From: an uncultured delta proteobacterium
Lineage (GTDB): Bacteria > Myxococcota_A > Polyangia > Polyangiales > JAFGIB01
Length of the DNA: 64,000 nt
NCBI GenBank assembly: GCA_963778655.1
Contig: CAVZVA010000003.1
Span: 32,001 to 96,000 of the forward strand
Direction of reading: 5' to 3'
The translations under genes and the position numbers were made by a program. Positions 31,033-40,941 of this stretch are shown here, in pieces (within the stretch, counting starts at the first letter, position 1; each line of letters starts with the position of its first letter). The notes under the pieces are model-generated. The model worked only from the letters and a program-made list of their open reading frames with translations, had not been told where the DNA came from and ran no database searches.

Positions 31033-31956
31033 ATGGCGCTGTTTCGGCAGGAGGCGCTCGAATTCCACCGCCAGGGGGGCGCGCGCGGGGACGTGCTGCA
31101 CTTGACGCCACGTGCATTCTTCTGGACGCACTGGTCGCTGGTCGCCGCGGTGGTCGCCTCGCTCGGATATGCCTTCGTCGGCCAGGTCGACGAGTACGCG
31201 GGTGGACCGGCGCTGGTGCGCGTGGACAGCGTGTACGACGTGACCGCGCAGCGGCCCGCGGTGGTCGCGCGCGTCGAGGTCGAACCGGGCCAGCACGTGG
31301 CCGCAGGGCAGGTGCTCGTCCGCATGCAGGCCGCGAGCGAGAAATCGGAGCTCGATAGCGTCGAACGCGAGCTGTCGGACCAGCTCGCCAAGCTACTGCG
31401 CGACCCGGCGGACCGCGCTGCACGCGAAGCGATCGTGTCGTTGCGCGCGCGCGAGGCGTTGGCGCATGCCAGCCTCGAACGCCAGACCGTCCGCGCAGCG
31501 CAGGCTGCAACCGTTGGCGACGTGCGGGTGCAGCGCGGAGAGCTGGTCGACGCCGGCACGCCCCTGCTCAGCCTGCTTGGTGAAGGGGAGGGCGCGAGCC
31601 TGACCGCGCTCTTGCCCGGGCGGTACAGACCCCTCTTGGCGCGGGGTATGAAGCTGCGCTTCGTGGCCGACGGCTTTCCTCGGGAGGTGCACTCGCTGAT
31701 CATCGAGCGCGTCGCCGATCAAATCGTCGGCCCGACCGAGGCGCTGCGGTTCCTCGGTCGCGACGCAGCGGGCGCGATTGCACTCGACGGGCCAGTCGTT
31801 TTCGTGCACGCCCGCTTGCCGAGCCGCGAGATCAAGTCGGAAGGCGCGCTGTACCGCTTCCACCACGGTATGCAGGGACACGCCGAAGTCGCCGTGCGGC
31901 ACGACAGCATCGCGTTGACCTTGGTGCCGGGCCTCCGTGCGTTCAACCCACTATGA
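31033..31956 (+). CDS. HlyD-family secretion membrane fusion protein
   Basis: MALFRQEALE N-terminus typical of peptide-export HlyDs, V.VEPGQHVAAGQVL, GMQGHAEV. Confidence 0.9.
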   Translation: MALFRQEALEFHRQGGARGDVLHLTPRAFFWTHWSLVAAVVASLGYAFVGQVDEYAGGPALVRVDSVYDVTAQRPAVVARVEVEPGQHVAAGQVLVRMQAASEKSELDSVERELSDQLAKLLRDPADRAAREAIVSLRAREALAHASLERQTVRAAQAATVGDVRVQRGELVDAGTPLLSLLGEGEGASLTALLPGRYRPLLARGMKLRFVADGFPREVHSLIIERVADQIVGPTEALRFLGRDAAGAIALDGPVVFVHARLPSREIKSEGALYRFHHGMQGHAEVAVRHDSIALTLVPGLRAFNPL

Positions 31957-34169
31957 GCTCCAACCTCGAAACCAACGCTCAGCTCGACGTGTCCGCATTC
32001 CGCAGGCTGTCACCTGGGCAGCGCGGCAAGGTTCCGGTGATCTTGCAGCTCACACCGACCGATTGCGGCGCGGCGTGTCTGGCGATGGCGCTCGAGCACC
32101 ACGGCAAACGACTGCCGATCGAAGAGGTGCGCAGCGCGGTCGCCAGCGGGCGCGGCGGTGTGAGCGCGCGGCGCATCCTGGAGGCCGCACGGTCGCTCGG
32201 GTTGCGTGCGCGCGGTGCCAAGCTCGAGCCCGACAAGCTGTGCTACTTGCCCGCGGGCACGATTCTGCACTGGGAGATGAACCACTTCGTCGTGCTCGAA
32301 TCGGCGCAAAGAGACGCCATTCGCGTGATCGATCCGGCGGTCGGTCCGCGCCGGATCGCCATCGCCGATGTCGCGCGCATGTTCACGGGAGTCGCGCTGG
32401 TGCTCGACCCAAGCCTCGAGTTCGTCGCGGAGGACCGCCGGCCCAAAACGCGCCGTGCACGCTATCTGCGCTGGATCTTCGGCGTCCGCGGCTATTGGCC
32501 GCGCGTGCTCGTCGCGTCGCTGCTCTTGCAGCTGGTCGCGCTGGCGATGCCGGGCGTGATGGGAGTGACCGTCGACAAGATCGTGCCCCGTCAGGACTTC
32601 CACCTGCTGGGGTTGGTCGGCGCCGGCTTGCTGATGGTCGTGTCTTTTCACTTCGTCGCAGGCTTTTTGCGCAGCCACCTGTTGTTGCACCTGCGCACGT
32701 ACATCGATCTCAACATGACGATGGAGTTCCTCGAGCACTTGTTGGATCTGCCGTACGCGTTCTTTCAGCAACGCTCCGCGGGCGACATCCTGATGCGGCT
32801 GGGCAGCGGCGCACAGATTCGCGAGCTGCTCACCTCCGGGGCGATGGCGGCGATGCTCGACGGTGTGATGGTCGTCCTGTACTTCGTGCTGTTGGTCGTG
32901 GTCGCGCCACCCATCGCAGCGGTCGCGCTCGGCATCGCGCTCGCGCAGGCCCTGGTCTACTGGCGCGCCGGACGCATGCATGCCGAGCTGATGGCGGAGC
33001 AGCTTGCGAACCAAGCCAAGCTCTCGGGCTTCCAAGTCGAGATGCTGGCCGGGATGGAGTCGATCAAATCGATGGGCGCCGAGCAGCGCATGGGCTCGCG
33101 CTGGACCGATCTCTACGTCGATGTGCTCAACACCTCGCTCGCGAAGAGCCGGCTGATGACGAACTTCGGCGCGTTGGTCGGCAGTCTCGGTTTCGCCGGT
33201 CCGGTCGCGATCGTGCTGCTCGGCGCCAAGCTCGTGCTCGACGGCGGTCTGTCGCTGGGCAGCATGCTGGCGCTGTCCGCGCTCGCGTCGGGGTTTCTGG
33301 GGCCGGTGGGCACGCTGGTGAACACGGCCATGCAGCTGCAGCTGTTGTCGGGCTACATGGCGCGGATCGAGGACGTGCTCGACACCAAGACCGAGCGCAA
33401 GCGGGACGCTCAAGGGCGCGGGAAGCCGCTCGAAGGCCGTATCGAGCTCAGCCGCGTCGCATTTCGCTACGAGGCGCAAGGCCCGCTCGTGCTCGACGAC
33501 ATCAGTTTTCGCATCGAGCCGGGCGAGTTCGTCGCAATCGTCGGCGCGTCGGGCTCGGGCAAGTCCACGCTAGCCCGACTGCTGGCTGCGCTCTATCGAC
33601 CGCTGTCTGGGCAAGTCTCGTTCGACAGCGTCGACGCGACACACTGGGACCCGCCCGCGCTGCGCAAGCAGCTCGGCATGGTGACGCAGGACACGCGGCT
33701 ATTCGCGGCCTCGGTGCGTGACAACATCGCGATGCTCGATCCCGAAGTGCCGCTCGAGCGGGTCGAGGCTGCGGCACGCATCGCACACATCCACGACGAC
33801 ATCATGACGCTTCCGATGGGCTACGACAGCGTGCTCTCCGACGGCGGCGCCTCGCTCTCGGGCGGCCAGCGCCAACGTCTCGCGCTCGCACGCGCGCTGC
33901 TACACGAGCCCGCGGTGGTGGTTCTGGACGAAGCCACGAGCGCGCTGGACACCATCACCGAGAAGCGCATTCAGGAACGACTCGCACAGCTACGCAGCAC
34001 GCGCGTGGTGATCGCGCATCGCCTGAGCACCGTAGTCGACGCGGACCGTATCGTCGTGCTCGAGGGCGGCCGGCTGGTGGGCATGGGCCGCCACCCCGAG
34101 CTGCTGGCGAGCTGCGAGCCCTACCGGCTGCTGGTCGAGGCCCAGGCGCGGGGCGTGAGCGGAGCGTGA
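31953..34169 (+). CDS. Peptidase-containing ABC transporter (C39 + TMD + NBD)
   Basis: Q...DCGAACLAM and HWEMNHFVV (C39 Cys/His), GASGSGKST, LSGGQRQR, LDEATSALD, IAHRLST. Confidence 0.96.
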   Translation: MSSNLETNAQLDVSAFRRLSPGQRGKVPVILQLTPTDCGAACLAMALEHHGKRLPIEEVRSAVASGRGGVSARRILEAARSLGLRARGAKLEPDKLCYLPAGTILHWEMNHFVVLESAQRDAIRVIDPAVGPRRIAIADVARMFTGVALVLDPSLEFVAEDRRPKTRRARYLRWIFGVRGYWPRVLVASLLLQLVALAMPGVMGVTVDKIVPRQDFHLLGLVGAGLLMVVSFHFVAGFLRSHLLLHLRTYIDLNMTMEFLEHLLDLPYAFFQQRSAGDILMRLGSGAQIRELLTSGAMAAMLDGVMVVLYFVLLVVVAPPIAAVALGIALAQALVYWRAGRMHAELMAEQLANQAKLSGFQVEMLAGMESIKSMGAEQRMGSRWTDLYVDVLNTSLAKSRLMTNFGALVGSLGFAGPVAIVLLGAKLVLDGGLSLGSMLALSALASGFLGPVGTLVNTAMQLQLLSGYMARIEDVLDTKTERKRDAQGRGKPLEGRIELSRVAFRYEAQGPLVLDDISFRIEPGEFVAIVGASGSGKSTLARLLAALYRPLSGQVSFDSVDATHWDPPALRKQLGMVTQDTRLFAASVRDNIAMLDPEVPLERVEAAARIAHIHDDIMTLPMGYDSVLSDGGASLSGGQRQRLALARALLHEPAVVVLDEATSALDTITEKRIQERLAQLRSTRVVIAHRLSTVVDADRIVVLEGGRLVGMGRHPELLASCEPYRLLVEAQARGVSGA

Positions 34170-34247
34170 GAAGCCGGCGCAGGTCGAGCTGCTTCGACGC
34201 GGCGCTCTGCGCCGTCTGCGCCGCGGGCCCGCCGCGCGGGGTCCATT

Positions 34248-34321
34248 GCGCAGAACGCGCATTGTGTCACGCACGCTGGAAGTGGGCTTGCTTGGCTAGG
34301 GGGTTTGTGGCGCCTACGCTC
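34248..34321 (-). repeat. Right, uninterrupted copy of the 74-bp repeat
   Basis: Reverse complement matches 24661-24686 joined to 24854-24901. Confidence 0.9.
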
Positions 34322-34493
34322 CTCTGCGGTGTTTCATGGACTATCTCGAGCAAGCAGCTGAATGTACCGAGGCCGCGGCGTGCGACACCGACAAGCTCGC
34401 GGTGTGTGGTGCGCCCTTCTGCTGGCTCGACCCGCCCTGCGGGAGGCGAGCAGACGGTCACTTCTTTCGGCGCTATGCTTCGTGCTGGGGTGC

Positions 34494-35706
34494 ATGACTT
34501 GCATCGGACAGACGAGCACGGCGTTCGCGCTGGCATTCGTCGTCGCGGCTTGCTCGAGCCAGCCGGACTCGAGCGCCGGTTCAGCGGCGGTCACCAGCAG
34601 CACGGATGCGGGTAACCCAGCCGACGACAGCGCGGTCTATGGCGGCGCGGCCGCATTGGGCGACAATTGTCTGTCCGGCCCTGCCTCGGCGGCGACCGTC
34701 ATGTGCGATGCATCGAAGGTTTCGTCGATCCCCTGGAGCAGCGACGTCACGGTCATGCAAGGTACGGGCAAGCCACCATCTCCTGCTGGCGGACCAGCCA
34801 CTCAACCTGGATTCACCGCACGTCGGCGATACCGTGCGGCGCGTGCTGAGTGTTGAAAACGGCTCGGTCGACGAGAGCTACCAGACCCTCAACTCCAGCA
34901 GTGGAACCGGATGCAAGATTCTCACACCCCAGCCGATCTGTCTCACCAATATCACCGGTCTTCGCGATCACGTGTCCTACACGGCGCGAGGCGATCATCT
35001 CTCGCTCATCGAGTTGCAGCCGTACGCGGACTTCGCGAGCGGCCAGATCCTCGGCTCGTTCACCATCGTGGACAACTTCGTCCTCGCCTCGGACGCCAGC
35101 TCGAGCGTACCGACGCCGGCGAGCGGCGGCGGCTTGGAACCGCTGGCGTCGACCGAACGCGATCCTCGCTGTCCGCCCACGCCACCGTCCGACGGCGATC
35201 CGTGCTCGCCGGATCCGGCTCCTCTCGAGTGCGAATACGGCGGCGATGCCTGGGGACGCTGCACGACGTCCGCAGCGTGCGCGCTGGGCCTGGACGGGAC
35301 GTTCCGGTTCGCGCTCGCCGCATCCTCGAGCTGTACGCTGCCGAATCCCTCGGCGTGCCCGAATACGTTCACGGAAGCGACGGCTGTCGCCACGGCGGCG
35401 AGCAGCAGCATCTCCGATGCCACGTGCAACTACCCCGAGGGCGTTTGCGGATGCGGACCGAGGACCGGTCCAGGTTTCTTGGCAGCATGTGCTTGGACGT
35501 GTCGCGCCGTGACCAGCGTCGTCAATGGACGCACCCAGGCTGCGTGTCCCTGGCCCCGCCCGCTCGCCGGCGATCCGTGCTCGTCGGGCGACGAGTGCGC
35601 CTACGACCAACCGTGCGGTGCTGCAACCTCTCTGGGGCCCGATCTCGTCTGTCAGAGCGGGCATTGGGCCATCACAAACGGCATTTGGTTTGGCTGCGGG
35701 CCGTGA
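34494..35706 (+). pseudogene. Cys-rich lipoprotein, apparently frameshifted near 34790-34830
   Basis: Lipobox FVVAAC in ORF 34362..34856; the coding-like continuation with CP..PP..GDPC...CEY modules is in the 34606..35706 frame. Confidence 0.55.
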
Positions 35707-35769
35707 CGTCGTTTGTGCTCGAATCGCCGAGCTACGCCAGCGCGGGATTTTGGTGGTGGGTATCGGGAG

Positions 35770-36381
35770 ATGGACCGGGCGATCGATCCCCTCAAGCGCG
35801 TCATCGAGCAGTCCGATTTCGAGGCCGATGAGTTCGTCGACCAGAACTGGTCGGCGCTCGAGCTCGGCTCCAAGAGCTTTCGCGATTGCACGTTCCGCAA
35901 CCTCGCGGCCAGCGAGGTCGACCTTCGCGGAACCTTGTTCGAGGACTGTCGCTTCGAGGGTTCGGACCTGACCATGGCGAAGGTCCAGCAGGCCAGCTTT
36001 CGCGACGTTGAGTTCGACAGCTGCAAGCTGATGGGCATCGACTGGTCGGACGTCCGGGGGCTGACCTTTTCGGTGTCGTTCACGAACTGCGTCCTCAGCC
36101 ACAGCTCGTTCATCAACCAGCGCATGCGCAAGACGAAGTTCATCCGCTGCAAGGCCCACGAGACCAACTTCGCCGGTGTGGATCTGACCGGTTCCGACTT
36201 CACCGGTACGGACCTCGAGGGCGCGCGGTTCGTCGGAACCAACTTGACCGAGGCGGATCTGTCGGAAGCGACCAACTACAAGATCAATCCCGATGACAAC
36301 GTGCTCCGCAAGACGCGCTACTCGCTGGAGGCGGCGCTGGCGCTGGCATCACGCCTCGGCGTGATCGTCGGACCGCGCTGA
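35770..36381 (+). CDS. Pentapeptide repeat protein (Qnr/McbG-like)
   Basis: GGAG RBS; FRDCTF, FEDCRFEGSDLT, FDSCKLMGIDWS, DFTGTDL.GARF..TNLTEADL. Confidence 0.9.
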   Translation: MDRAIDPLKRVIEQSDFEADEFVDQNWSALELGSKSFRDCTFRNLAASEVDLRGTLFEDCRFEGSDLTMAKVQQASFRDVEFDSCKLMGIDWSDVRGLTFSVSFTNCVLSHSSFINQRMRKTKFIRCKAHETNFAGVDLTGSDFTGTDLEGARFVGTNLTEADLSEATNYKINPDDNVLRKTRYSLEAALALASRLGVIVGPR

Positions 36382-36537
36382 GAATGCGAGCGGCGCGGGC
36401 AGCGCGGCCGGCGGCTGCAGCGCTGCCGCGATGCGCGCCAGTTGCGTCCACGTCGCGTGCGACACGGGCACGCCGTGCACGCGATACGGGCGACTGGTTC
36501 CGGAGCAAGTGGTTGCGCGTCGGCACGGCTCGTGGCT

Positions 36538-37476
36538 TCACCTTGCGTGGCCTCGAGAGGCCCGGCTCGGGTCCGCCGTTTCACGCCCGGCGCGCACCTG
36601 GAGGGCGCCGGGGCGCACCCTAAAGTCGAGGGCGAGGACCGGCGGCCGGCCCTCGCCGTCCAGCTCGTATGGGCGAGGGGTCGTGGTTCGCACGGCGACC
36701 GTGCGACCGCGGTGCCTCACCACGAGATTCGACCGCTGCGGGAGACCGCGCACAAGCCGCCAGAGCACCGAGGCCCATTCGTTCGAGCTCCGCGCGGAGA
36801 GCACCGCCACGTCTAGGATGCCGTCGTCGGGTCGTGCATCGGGGAAAACCTCGAGCCCACCCGTGACGGCGCCGCAGTTGCCGACGAGCACCATCGCGGT
36901 CCGGCCGTCGAACACGGTCGTGCCATCCACGTCCACCCTGGTCGACGTGAGGCGCGCCGGCAGGTTCCGCACCGCCGATGCGACGTAAGCAAGGCTGCCG
37001 AACCAGCTCTTGGTGGTGGGGTTCGCGTCGCGGATCATGAGGGCGTCGAGCCCACTGCCGGCCATCACCGCGAACGACTCGCCGTTCACCTCGCCGAGGT
37101 CGATGCGGCGAACAGGCCCCGCCACCGCGAGCTCGACGGCGTCCAGTCCGCCGGGCAGCCCGAGGTTGGCGGCCAGCAGGTTGCCGGTGCCGAGGGCTAC
37201 GACACCGAGCACGGTGTCGGTGCCCGCGAGCGGTGCAAGACACGCGCGCACGGTGCCGTCACCGCCACAGGCGACGACGGTCGTCGCGCCGGACGCCACG
37301 GCGTTGGCAGCCTGGCCCGCGCCGGGGTCAGCCTCGGTGGTCTCACGCCACTCGACGGGACGACCGAGGTCGTTAAATGCGGCGCGCAGATCCTTCGCGG
37401 AGACCGCGCTCCCGCTGGCTGGGTTGACGATCGCGACGGTGACGCTCTCGTCGTGGCGGCCGTCGCCCGCGTCCAT
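36538..37476 (-). CDS. Diacylglycerol kinase family lipid kinase
   Basis: IVNPASG, ACGGDGTV, LGTGNLLAANLG, MAGSGLDA, PDDGILDV, YELDGE; start approximate. Confidence 0.9.
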   Translation of the reverse strand: MDAGDGRHDESVTVAIVNPASGSAVSAKDLRAAFNDLGRPVEWRETTEADPGAGQAANAVASGATTVVACGGDGTVRACLAPLAGTDTVLGVVALGTGNLLAANLGLPGGLDAVELAVAGPVRRIDLGEVNGESFAVMAGSGLDALMIRDANPTTKSWFGSLAYVASAVRNLPARLTSTRVDVDGTTVFDGRTAMVLVGNCGAVTGGLEVFPDARPDDGILDVAVLSARSSNEWASVLWRLVRGLPQRSNLVVRHRGRTVAVRTTTPRPYELDGEGRPPVLALDFRVRPGALQVRAGRETADPSRASRGHAR

Positions 37477-38130
37477 CGAAGACGCGTTCGCCCCGCGCCC
37501 GAGTGTAGGCGGCATGATCCTCCCCGGCCCGCCGAGGCGAGTTGACGCCACGACCCTAGGACGAAATTGATCCTGCACCGCCGCGTTCACGCGGCAATCT
37601 TCTCACGGTTCCCGGTGACTTCGAAGCCGACGCCGCCGATCTGCAGGTCCGAGAGGGCTCGCGCCAGGGGCTGGGCCGCCGTCAGGGTCACGTGACTCGC
37701 AGCGCAGTCCGCACGCGCGCCCAACGCCGGTAGGCCCACAGGTCCTCTGGCGCGGCGCGGTGTACCGAGCTAGCCCATGCGGGCGTCTCAAGACGCCCTC
37801 GGCGCGCCGCGCGTCTGGAACGCTCTTCATGCGCACCCACGCGGAATCGTGTCGCAATTGCTCGTTCTCGTTTTGGCACACGACGGCGTAGCGAGCTCAG
37901 GACAGCAGGTCTTGTTGGGCGCCGCCGAGGCGCAGGCGCCGGACCGAACCTCTCTGCGCGAGAACCGGGAGATCTCCGGAGCGCCCGACGCCGTGGCAGC
38001 GGCGGGACCATCGGGAAGGCGATGAGCCGGCCGAGGTGGCGTTTTCGCTAGGCTGACGAGCCGTGACCGCGCATTGCAGCGTCGCGAGACCGACCACCTG
38101 GCAGGACTCCCGCGACTGCAAAGCCGCCAT

Positions 38131-39259
38131 TCACACTCTGCTCGAAGCGCCGGTGACGCGGTGGAGCACCGCGTGGGCATCGGCCGGGGAGGGTTCGAGG
38201 TGGGACCGCCAGACCACGTGTTGGTCGGGACGTACGAGGAGAAGCTCAAACCCGTCATACGCGTTGGCTGCCTCGTTCGCATCGAGCTCGACGACGGTGA
38301 AGGGCAGCGTCCGCGTCGCGGCTTCGTCGATGAGGGCGGCGCCGGATCGTCCGCTGTTGCGGAGGCGAATCAGGGTAAAGCCGAACCCGAGCCGGTCATA
38401 GATCGACGAGCCGTCGGCCAGCCAGCGGTGGGGCAACCGCACGCCGGGCCAGGACGTTTCGATGTACTGCTCGACGCTCAACGTGGGCGTTGGCGTCAGT
38501 GCGTCGTGGCAGATGACAGGTGACTCTGCGTAGAAGTAGCCGAGCTGGAACCCGGTGCACTCGAACTCGCTGAGCATGTCAGCACGGAGCTGCTCGCCGA
38601 GAGCGCAGCGCGCGTCCTGACTGCCCTCCAGCTCGCTGAGCCGCTCGGGCGTACCGGCCATCAGCGCTGCGTTGCGGATGGCCCACGTGACGGCTTGGCT
38701 GGCGATGGCCGCACCGATCGGCGCGCGCTCGGTCTGGTAGGTGTAAAGGAGCTCGTCGCCGGCCCAGCCCTGTCGGACACCGGCGAGGCGAAAGCTCAGC
38801 GAAATTGCGTCGGCGATGCCGGCGTTCATGCCGAAGCCGCCCGTGGGGACCCAGAGATGGGCCGCGTCGCCTGCGAGGAACACGTTACGGTCACGCCACT
38901 TGCTGGCGACCATGGCGCGGGGCGTCCAGCGGGACCGTTCGATGATCTCATAGTCGAACGGCTCCCCGATGGCCTCGAACATGGCGGGCTCGGGGTTCCA
39001 GCTCGTAGGATCCTCGCCCGCGGGTACGGGAAGGTGCAGCAGCCATCGGTCTGCGCCATCGATGGCGATGAGAACGCGCGGGTGGATGCTGCGCTTCCTC
39101 CATCGATCTCGCGTTCGTGGTGTTGCAGCGAGGGTTCGAAGGGATGTCGCAGCGGCGTTCAACGACAATCGAAGGGATGTCCCAGCGCGCCAGGTCCATG
39201 GCCAGCGTCGTTCCGACCGGCCCGGCGCCGGCGATGATCACAGGGGCATCGAGGGTCAC
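38131..39259 (-). pseudogene. FAD-dependent aromatic monooxygenase with a large internal deletion and frameshift near 39095
   Basis: N-part IIAGAGPVGTTLA...NPRCNTTNARSME in one frame jumps to AIDGADRWLLH...VFLAGDAAHLWVPTGGFGMNAGIADA...LVRPDQHVVWR in another; the DG-motif region is missing. Confidence 0.85.
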
Positions 39260-40215
39260 GCGAGCGCCTTCGTGCACTCGACGAGGATCGAGGTGAACAG
39301 CGCCGGGTCCTGTGCGTGCAAGGAGTGGCCCATGCTTGGCAACGACCGATACTCGAAGCGTTGGCCCGCGCCTTCGATCAGCTCTCGGACACGCTCGCAC
39401 GCAATGTCGGAGAGAGCTCCGATCAGGTGACCGGTCTTCTTGTCGACCGTGCGGAAGTGGTGCGTGAGCAGCACGGGCACCTTGACCGCCGCGAGCATGC
39501 GCGCGTGGCTGCAGCTCGCGGCTACGCTGCCCGACCAGAACGCCCGCGCCCACTCGGGATCGTATTCTTTGAGGTTCTGCGGCGGTTCGGGGGCAGGTTC
39601 CCTCGCGGTGTAGAGAGCAGCCAGCCACGGCGGCAGCTCCCGCGGTGCGGCGGCTACCATGCCTTCCCAGTCACCGATGCTCCACTGGTCACCCAGGTAC
39701 TTGGAGAACAGCGCGAACATCGGTCCAACCGCCTGCCGCAACGACTGGCCGGTCGCCGTGTCGACTTCCGAGCTGAAGAGCGGCGGGTCCTCGTAGAGCG
39801 CCGCAATCACCTGTCCCGGCTTTGCGTAGGCCGACAACCACGCCGATAGCACTCCGCCCGACGACAGCCCGCTCACGAATGTGGGACGACCGATCGCGCC
39901 ATCGATAAAACGCACGAGGTCGTTGCCCATGTTGTCGATCGTGTAGCGGCCGGGCGTGCGGGTGGAACGCCCCTGGCCGCGTAGGTCGACGGCGTAGCAC
40001 TGGAAGTGTTCGCCGAGCACAGGCAGCGCCCTTTCGTAGCCCCACCACGACTCGGTCTGTCCAGGGACCAACAGCAGCGCCGGCTTGTCGTCACCACCGA
40101 CCACGACGTGATTGAGCTCGACCTCGCCCGTATCGAAACACTGTTCCGGAAAGGCGTGCTCGAGGTAGGTGCGGTCCGGCGCGTGAGGGCCGAAGGCGTT
40201 GGCGTATGTGCCCAT
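39256..40215 (-). CDS. Alpha/beta hydrolase, ZenA-type zearalenone lactonase-like
   Basis: PALLLVPGQTESWWGYE, DLRGQGRS..TP.RY..DN.GNDLVRFI, GLSSGG nucleophile elbow, AWLSAYA.PGQ, LGDQWSIGDW, PQNLKEYDPEW.RAF, THH.RT.D..TG.L.GALSD. Confidence 0.85.
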   Translation of the reverse strand: MGTYANAFGPHAPDRTYLEHAFPEQCFDTGEVELNHVVVGGDDKPALLLVPGQTESWWGYERALPVLGEHFQCYAVDLRGQGRSTRTPGRYTIDNMGNDLVRFIDGAIGRPTFVSGLSSGGVLSAWLSAYAKPGQVIAALYEDPPLFSSEVDTATGQSLRQAVGPMFALFSKYLGDQWSIGDWEGMVAAAPRELPPWLAALYTAREPAPEPPQNLKEYDPEWARAFWSGSVAASCSHARMLAAVKVPVLLTHHFRTVDKKTGHLIGALSDIACERVRELIEGAGQRFEYRSLPSMGHSLHAQDPALFTSILVECTKALA

Positions 40216-40886
40216 CACTTGCTCCGATCGTGTGGCAGTGCGAGCTGCGAAGGCAGTCGTTTGGCGACGGTCGCTTCGGCGATGCGCTCCGGCACGCCCA
40301 GCCCGCGCAGAATGTGGCGCACGACCGCCTCGGCGTGGCTCGGTCCCACGCGGCCCTCGAGCAGGCTACGCATGCCGGCAAGCACGGCGCCTTGCACGAG
40401 ATCCACCGCGGCGCGTTCTTGCTTGTACGAAAAGCTTCCTTTGCGCTTGCCGGCGCGCAGGTCCGAGATGAGGTTCCCGATCGCACGCTCGCTGACGTGC
40501 TCGCTCGTACCCCAACCGCGCAGCACTGCGCGGCCCCACGTCGGATCGCGCTGAGCGTGCACGAGAAACGCGCGGCAGCCGATGCTGACCCGCTCGATCG
40601 GGTCACGCACGCTCGCGTACGCCGCGGCCACCGTCTCGTTGAGGCGCTGCGCGAGCAGCCCGTTCGCGGCCTCCACGAGCTGCGCCCGCGTCCGGAAGTA
40701 GTTGTAGAAGGTGCCGTTCGAGACCCCGGCGCGCGCCGCGACTTCGTGTAGCGCCGTGCCATCGATTCCTCGCTCGGCAAACAGCGCGAGCGCGGCCTCG
40801 AGCAAAGCCGCGCGCGTCCGCGCTCGGACCTTGGTCTCGGGACCGTCGACAGGACGCAGCACTGCGCGAGCCTCTCGTGCTGGCAT
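40215..40886 (-). CDS. TetR/AcrR family regulator
   Basis: TRAALLEAALALFAERG...VAARAGVSNGTFYNYF. Confidence 0.93.
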   Translation of the reverse strand: MPAREARAVLRPVDGPETKVRARTRAALLEAALALFAERGIDGTALHEVAARAGVSNGTFYNYFRTRAQLVEAANGLLAQRLNETVAAAYASVRDPIERVSIGCRAFLVHAQRDPTWGRAVLRGWGTSEHVSERAIGNLISDLRAGKRKGSFSYKQERAAVDLVQGAVLAGMRSLLEGRVGPSHAEAVVRHILRGLGVPERIAEATVAKRLPSQLALPHDRSK

Positions 40887-40888
40887 GA

Positions 40889-40921
40889 TGAGATTATTGT
40901 CATGAATTGACAACATTCTCA
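40889..40921. promoter_or_regulatory. Probable TetR operator overlapping divergent promoters
   Basis: TGAGATTATTGTCA-N5-TGACAACATTCTCA (12/14 inverted repeat), AT-rich, contains TTGACA at 40907-40912. Confidence 0.75.
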
Positions 40922-40941
40922 ATAGCGGCTAGACGCAAACC

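Noticed and set aside
37600..38100. Short ORFs between the lipid kinase and the monooxygenase
   Set aside because: No recognisable motif, RBS or codon bias in any frame.
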